18,518 nt of DNA from Rhodothermales bacterium. GTDB lineage: Bacteria; Bacteroidota; Rhodothermia; Rhodothermales; VXPQ01. The notes under the pieces were generated by a model. The model made no database searches and had not been told where the DNA came from. It saw nothing but the letters and a program-made list of their open reading frames with translations. Position numbers and translations under genes: made by a program. The stretch is from contig JBBDTI010000022.1 of NCBI GenBank assembly GCA_040904565.1, positions 29,973-48,490 on the forward strand. Reading direction: 5' to 3'. This document shows, in pieces, positions 14,271 to 18,518 of this stretch (its first letter is position 1; each line of letters opens with the position of its first letter).

Positions 14271-16895
14271 ATGAGCGACACGAATCAACCTCAGGAACCG
14301 ATCAACTGGGTCGTTCTCAAGTTCGGTGGCACGAGCGTCTCCAGCAGCGAGCGCTGGAACACGATCGTTCGCATCGTTCGCGAGCGCATCGAGGAAGGGT
14401 ATAAACCCATCATCGTCTGCTCCGCGCTGAGCGGCATTTCGAACCTGCTCGACCAGCTCCTGCAAGAGGCGGTCCGCGGTGAATATGAAGATACGATCGC
14501 AACGATCCGGAGCCGGCACGTCGCTCTGGGAGACGATCTGGGCGTCGATGCGAAGGCGATCCTGGAAGAAGATATCGAGGAGCTTTCGAGATTGGCCCTG
14601 GGCGCGTCGTTGATCCGCGAGGGGAGCCCGCGCCTCCAGGCCCGCATGATGGCCATGGGAGAGCTGCTGTCGACCAAGCTGGGGGCGGCGTTCATGGCGG
14701 CGAATGGACTCGACGTGCTATGGCGCGATGCACGCGACGTGCTCCGAGCCGAAGAAACGCACCTGCTCCCGGAACAGCGTCGCTATCTGTCCGCCACCTG
14801 CCGCTTCGACCCTGACGCCGTTCTTCAGGCCGAGCTCCGGGAACGGGATGCGGACGTCGTCATCACGCAGGGTTTCATCGCGTCGAACGGCAAAGGGGAA
14901 ACCGTCCTGCTCGGTCGCGGAGGTTCCGACACGTCTGCTTCTTATCTCGCGGCTAAGCTCGTCGCCGAGCGACTGGAGATCTGGACCGACGTCCCGGGTA
15001 TGTTTACGGCGAACCCGCACGAGATACCCTCCGCGCGGCTGCTGCGGCGGCTCGATTACATGGAAGGTCAGGAGCTGGCCACGATGGGAGCCAAGATCCT
15101 TCACCCGAGGTGCCTGCAGCCCGTCGAGCAGCTTGCCATCCCCCTCTACGTCAAGTGCACCGACGCGCCCCATCTCGAAGGAACGATCATCTCCGACAAA
15201 ACGCCGGATTTCGGCGCACAGATCAAGGCCATCGCGGCAAAGACGGACGTAACGCTCATCTCGATGGAATCGCTCGGCATGTGGCAGGAAGTAGGCTTCC
15301 TGGCCGACGTCTTCGGCACGTTCAAGCGCCACGGACTGTCGATCGATCTCGTAGCGACGTCGGAGACGAACGTGACGGTATCGCTGGATCCTGTGGCCAA
15401 CGCCCTCGATCCTGCCCGTGTGGATGCGCTTCTCGAGGATCTCAATGCGTACTGTCGCGCGGAGCAGATCGGGCCGTGTGCGGTGGTAAGCCTGATCGGA
15501 CGCAACATCCGCTCGCTGCTACACGAGATGGGTCCGGCCTTCGAGGTCTTTCAGGAGCAGCACATCCACCAGGTCTCCCAGGCGGCGAGCGACCTGAATT
15601 TCAGTTTCGTGGTCGACGAGGGCCAGGCCTCTCGACTCGTCCGCAAGCTGCACGCCAATCTCTTCGGCAAGCGCGAACCGGATCTCCTATTCGGCCCGAC
15701 GTGGAAAGAGCTCATGGGCGACGCCGACGAGGACCGGCGCGGTGGACCGGCCTGGTGGCAAACGCGTCGCGACGAGCTCATTGAGATCGCGCGCAGTACG
15801 GCACCGACGTACGTCTACGACGAGGATACGGTCCGCCAGGCCCTTGAGGACGTACGGTCCATCGATGCGGTCGACCGGGTCTTTTACTCGATGAAGGCGA
15901 ACAGCCATCGCGACATCCTCCGCATCTTCTATGAAGCCGGGCTGGGGTTCGAATGTGTGTCTCCGGAAGAGATGGATGAGGTCCTGGAGCTATTTCCCAA
16001 CATCGCACGCGAGCGCATCCTCTTTACCCCAAATTTCGCTCCGGCGGAGGAATACCGGCGAGGCTTTGAGCTGGGAGCGCACGTGACGCTGGATAATCTC
16101 TATCCGCTCGAGGCGTGGCCCGACGTGTTTCGGGACCGGGAGCTCATCGTCCGCGTCGATCCCGGGCGCGGTCACGGGCACCACAAGTACGTGCGTACGG
16201 CCGGGTCGCAGAGCAAATTCGGGGTGGCACCCGCCGAGCTGCCCCGGCTCGAAGAGCTCGCTTCGTCGGTCGGCGCGTCCGTCGTCGGCGTGCACGCACA
16301 CGTCGGAAGCGGCATCATCTCCCCGGAAACATGGGCCGAAACGGCCGTTTTCCTCGCCACGCTGACGAAGCGTTTTCCGGACGTTCGGTATATCGACGTC
16401 GGGGGCGGACTCGGAGTCTCCGAGCGACAGAGCTCGCCCGAACTCGACCTGAAGGAGGTAACGGACGCCCTCCGCTCGTTCAAGAAGGCCAACCCGGACC
16501 TCGAGCTCTGGATGGAGCCGGGGCGTTTCATGGTCGCCCGCGCAGGCGTCTTGCTGGCCCGCGTGACGCAGACCAAGCAGAAGGGGTCGGCGCGCTACGT
16601 CGGCGTCGAGACCGGAATGAACTCCCTCCTGCGTCCGGCTCTCTACGGCGCGTACCACGAGATCGTGAACCTGTCGAAGCTCGACGAGCCGCTTGAAATT
16701 ACGGCGGACGTGGTCGGACCGATTTGCGAGACGGGAGACGTGCTCGGCTACGGTCGTCGACTGCCCGCCACCGAGGAGGGGGACGTCCTGCTCATCGCGA
16801 CGGCCGGGGCCTACGGATACGTAATGAGCAATCGCTACAACATGCGCTCGCCCGCCGGCGAAGTCCTGCTGCAGTCGGCTACCGTCACGTCGTGA
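14271..16895 (+). CDS. lysAC: Bifunctional aspartate kinase / diaminopimelate decarboxylase (LysC-LysA fusion)
   Basis: AK part: KFGGTS, VCSALSG, GELLS, LGRGGSDTSA, WTDVPG, followed by ACT repeats. DAPDC part: YSMKAN (PLP Lys), SKFG, HAHVGSG, DVGGGLG, EPGR, CETGD and GAYG. Start set at ATG 14271 (GAGAG upstream); the ORF track starts at TTG 14190. Confidence 0.94.
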   Translation: MSDTNQPQEPINWVVLKFGGTSVSSSERWNTIVRIVRERIEEGYKPIIVCSALSGISNLLDQLLQEAVRGEYEDTIATIRSRHVALGDDLGVDAKAILEEDIEELSRLALGASLIREGSPRLQARMMAMGELLSTKLGAAFMAANGLDVLWRDARDVLRAEETHLLPEQRRYLSATCRFDPDAVLQAELRERDADVVITQGFIASNGKGETVLLGRGGSDTSASYLAAKLVAERLEIWTDVPGMFTANPHEIPSARLLRRLDYMEGQELATMGAKILHPRCLQPVEQLAIPLYVKCTDAPHLEGTIISDKTPDFGAQIKAIAAKTDVTLISMESLGMWQEVGFLADVFGTFKRHGLSIDLVATSETNVTVSLDPVANALDPARVDALLEDLNAYCRAEQIGPCAVVSLIGRNIRSLLHEMGPAFEVFQEQHIHQVSQAASDLNFSFVVDEGQASRLVRKLHANLFGKREPDLLFGPTWKELMGDADEDRRGGPAWWQTRRDELIEIARSTAPTYVYDEDTVRQALEDVRSIDAVDRVFYSMKANSHRDILRIFYEAGLGFECVSPEEMDEVLELFPNIARERILFTPNFAPAEEYRRGFELGAHVTLDNLYPLEAWPDVFRDRELIVRVDPGRGHGHHKYVRTAGSQSKFGVAPAELPRLEELASSVGASVVGVHAHVGSGIISPETWAETAVFLATLTKRFPDVRYIDVGGGLGVSERQSSPELDLKEVTDALRSFKKANPDLELWMEPGRFMVARAGVLLARVTQTKQKGSARYVGVETGMNSLLRPALYGAYHEIVNLSKLDEPLEITADVVGPICETGDVLGYGRRLPATEEGDVLLIATAGAYGYVMSNRYNMRSPAGEVLLQSATVTS

Positions 16896-17442
16896 CGAGC
16901 CCCTCCCGGTACCGGTCGAAGTAGTAGAAGGCGGCGACCACGAGCGAGTGTGTGATGCGCCCCGACACGATGAGCGGGCCGATCTCATCCTGATCGACGG
17001 TGACGACCTCGATCTCCTCGGCGCCGTCGAGCGCCTGCGCCGCTACTGGGCGGCAGTCATGCGCGACGTACATGTGACACCGGTTATTCTGTATGGCCGG
17101 ATTGGGATCCGCCGTGCCGATGTGGACGACCTCCCCCGCCTCATATCCCGTCTCCTCGCGAAGCTCTCGCACGGCCGCATCGATTGGTCGCTCACCCGCA
17201 TCCACGATGCCCCCGGGAACCTCCAGGGACAGATCGCGCGTCCCGTGCCGGTATTGCCGTACGAGCACGATCTTTCCATCCGGCGTCAGAGGAACGATAT
17301 TGGTCCAATCGTTCGCCTCGATGACGAAGAAGTCGTATTCGGTGCCCGTGATCGGAGAAACGACGCGATCTTCGCGCACGTCGAAGACGCGGTAACTCTC
17401 GCGCTTCCGGCTGCCGATGCGGTTCCAGCGTTCCACGTTCAC
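16885..17442 (-). CDS. Nudix hydrolase (ADP-ribose pyrophosphatase-like)
   Basis: Nudix box GGIVDAGERPIDAAVRELREETGY, upstream LVRQYRH...LEVP and downstream NP. GTG start overlaps the roxA stop (GTGA). Confidence 0.9.
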   Translation of the reverse strand: MNVERWNRIGSRKRESYRVFDVREDRVVSPITGTEYDFFVIEANDWTNIVPLTPDGKIVLVRQYRHGTRDLSLEVPGGIVDAGERPIDAAVRELREETGYEAGEVVHIGTADPNPAIQNNRCHMYVAHDCRPVAAQALDGAEEIEVVTVDQDEIGPLIVSGRITHSLVVAAFYYFDRYREGLVTT

Positions 17443-18518
17443 TCCTCCTCCAGAAGTTCAACATGCCCGTCATTTACCAGACGTGCCAGCAGTGAACGCA
17501 CGGCGGCATCATCCAGCGCGTCGGCGAACGCTTCCGCATCCAGCACGTCGCGTCCGGCCAGCAACGAGGCAACGTCCGCATCGCCGGCTTCCAGCCAAAA
17601 CACCTGTCCATGAGCGAACAGGCTGGTGCTGCCGTCAGCGTGAGGGATGAAGCCGAAGCGATTCGGTGCGAAGCGCTGCAGGCGCCCCCCCTCTCGCAGC
17701 GCCTCCGCGACGCCTTCTGGCGTCCATTCGATCGGCGGAGGAACCGGATCGTCCCCACGAGTCGATTCCGTTACGAGCGCGCCGAATGACCGATCGATGT
17801 GTTCGTCCGACAGCTCGTGACGAACGATCCGGCGCGCCTTCCGAAGAGCGTCCTCACCGATCCGCCCGGGATGCTCCGGCGGGGAAAGATCCGGGTCCGC
17901 ATACCGCTCGCCGGAATCCATCCTCTCGATGGCCCGAGTCAGCGTCTGCGTCAGGATGTCCGCGTAGCTCGGCGCCCGGAAACCCACCGACAACGTCATA
18001 CAGTCGCCGATCGCTATGCCGTGATGCGCGATGCGCGGAGGCAGATACAGCATGTCTCCCTCTTCCAGCGTCATCACTTCATCCGCTTCGAAATCGGCCA
18101 GCATGCTGACGTCCACGCCGGGCACGAGCCGTTCGTCGGCGATCGGATCCGCCCCGATCCGCCACTCACGGCGCCCGAGAGCCTGGATCAGAAAGACGTC
18201 GTAGTTGTCGATGTGGGCACCGACGTTCCCGCCGTCCGGGGCGTAGCTCACCATCACGTCATCCAGCCGCCAGCTCGGAACGAACAGGAAGCGCTCGAGC
18301 AGGCCCGCCAGCTCGGGGACCCACCGATCCACCTCCTGAACGAGCAGCGTCCAGTGGGAGTCCGGCAGACCAAGAAAGTCGTCCTCCTCGAATGGACCGT
18401 ACCGAACCTGCCACGGATAGTCGCCTCCGCGCTCCATGATCAGGCGCGCATGCGCCTCCTCTTCCAGCGCGATGCCTGCCAGCTCCTCCGGTGAGATCGG
18501 GGAACGAAAATCCGGAAA
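17439..18518 (-). CDS. roxA: JmjC/cupin-4 ribosomal oxygenase RoxA/YcfD-like (uL16 Arg hydroxylase), 5'-truncated by the window end
   Basis: WTLLVQEVD, WRLDDVMVSYA, GAHIDNYDVFLIQ (HxD), GDMLYLPPRIAHHG and SVGFRAP. The frame stays open to 18518 and reads FPDFRSPISPEELAGIALEEE..RLI, a conserved YcfD N-terminal segment. Confidence 0.9.
   Translation of the reverse strand, partial: FPDFRSPISPEELAGIALEEEAHARLIMERGGDYPWQVRYGPFEEDDFLGLPDSHWTLLVQEVDRWVPELAGLLERFLFVPSWRLDDVMVSYAPDGGNVGAHIDNYDVFLIQALGRREWRIGADPIADERLVPGVDVSMLADFEADEVMTLEEGDMLYLPPRIAHHGIAIGDCMTLSVGFRAPSYADILTQTLTRAIERMDSGERYADPDLSPPEHPGRIGEDALRKARRIVRHELSDEHIDRSFGALVTESTRGDDPVPPPIEWTPEGVAEALREGGRLQRFAPNRFGFIPHADGSTSLFAHGQVFWLEAGDADVASLLAGRDVLDAEAFADALDDAAVRSLLARLVNDGHVELLEEE

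Noticed and set aside
1-18518. Mobile elements, CRISPR arrays, tRNA/rRNA genes or defence systems
   Set aside because: No transposase, integrase, nuclease or toxin motifs, no regularly spaced repeats, and no intergenic region folds as a tRNA.

Overview
GC-rich (~62-65% by eye) bacterial chromosomal segment, almost fully coding, with 17 well-supported CDSs. No rRNA, tRNA, CRISPR array, transposase or integrase is recognisable. Gene order: korB-like 2-oxoacid:ferredoxin oxidoreductase beta (+), Gfo/Idh/MocA oxidoreductase (-), trmH (-), SDR (+), class I SAM methyltransferase (-), two tandem TakP-like TRAP solute-binding proteins plus a LOG-family gene (+), converging on cN-II-type 5'-nucleotidase/dctM/dctQ (-), a stand-alone receiver protein (+), rarA (-), a UDG-like gene (-), fused aspartate kinase/DAP decarboxylase (+), a Nudix hydrolase (-) and roxA/ycfD (-, truncated by the window edge). 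Most of it is housekeeping. The most unusual part is the split TRAP locus (4959-11166). The second binding protein keeps only a stub of its Tat signal, is in frame with the first across a single TAG, and the two convergent arms each end in a nucleoside-monophosphate-degrading enzyme. There are also a highly structured 130-nt convergent spacer (11880-12009), a degenerate duplicated motif upstream of the orphan receiver gene, and a 10-bp direct repeat bracketing the methyltransferase gene. All family assignments come from recognised motifs, not from database searches.
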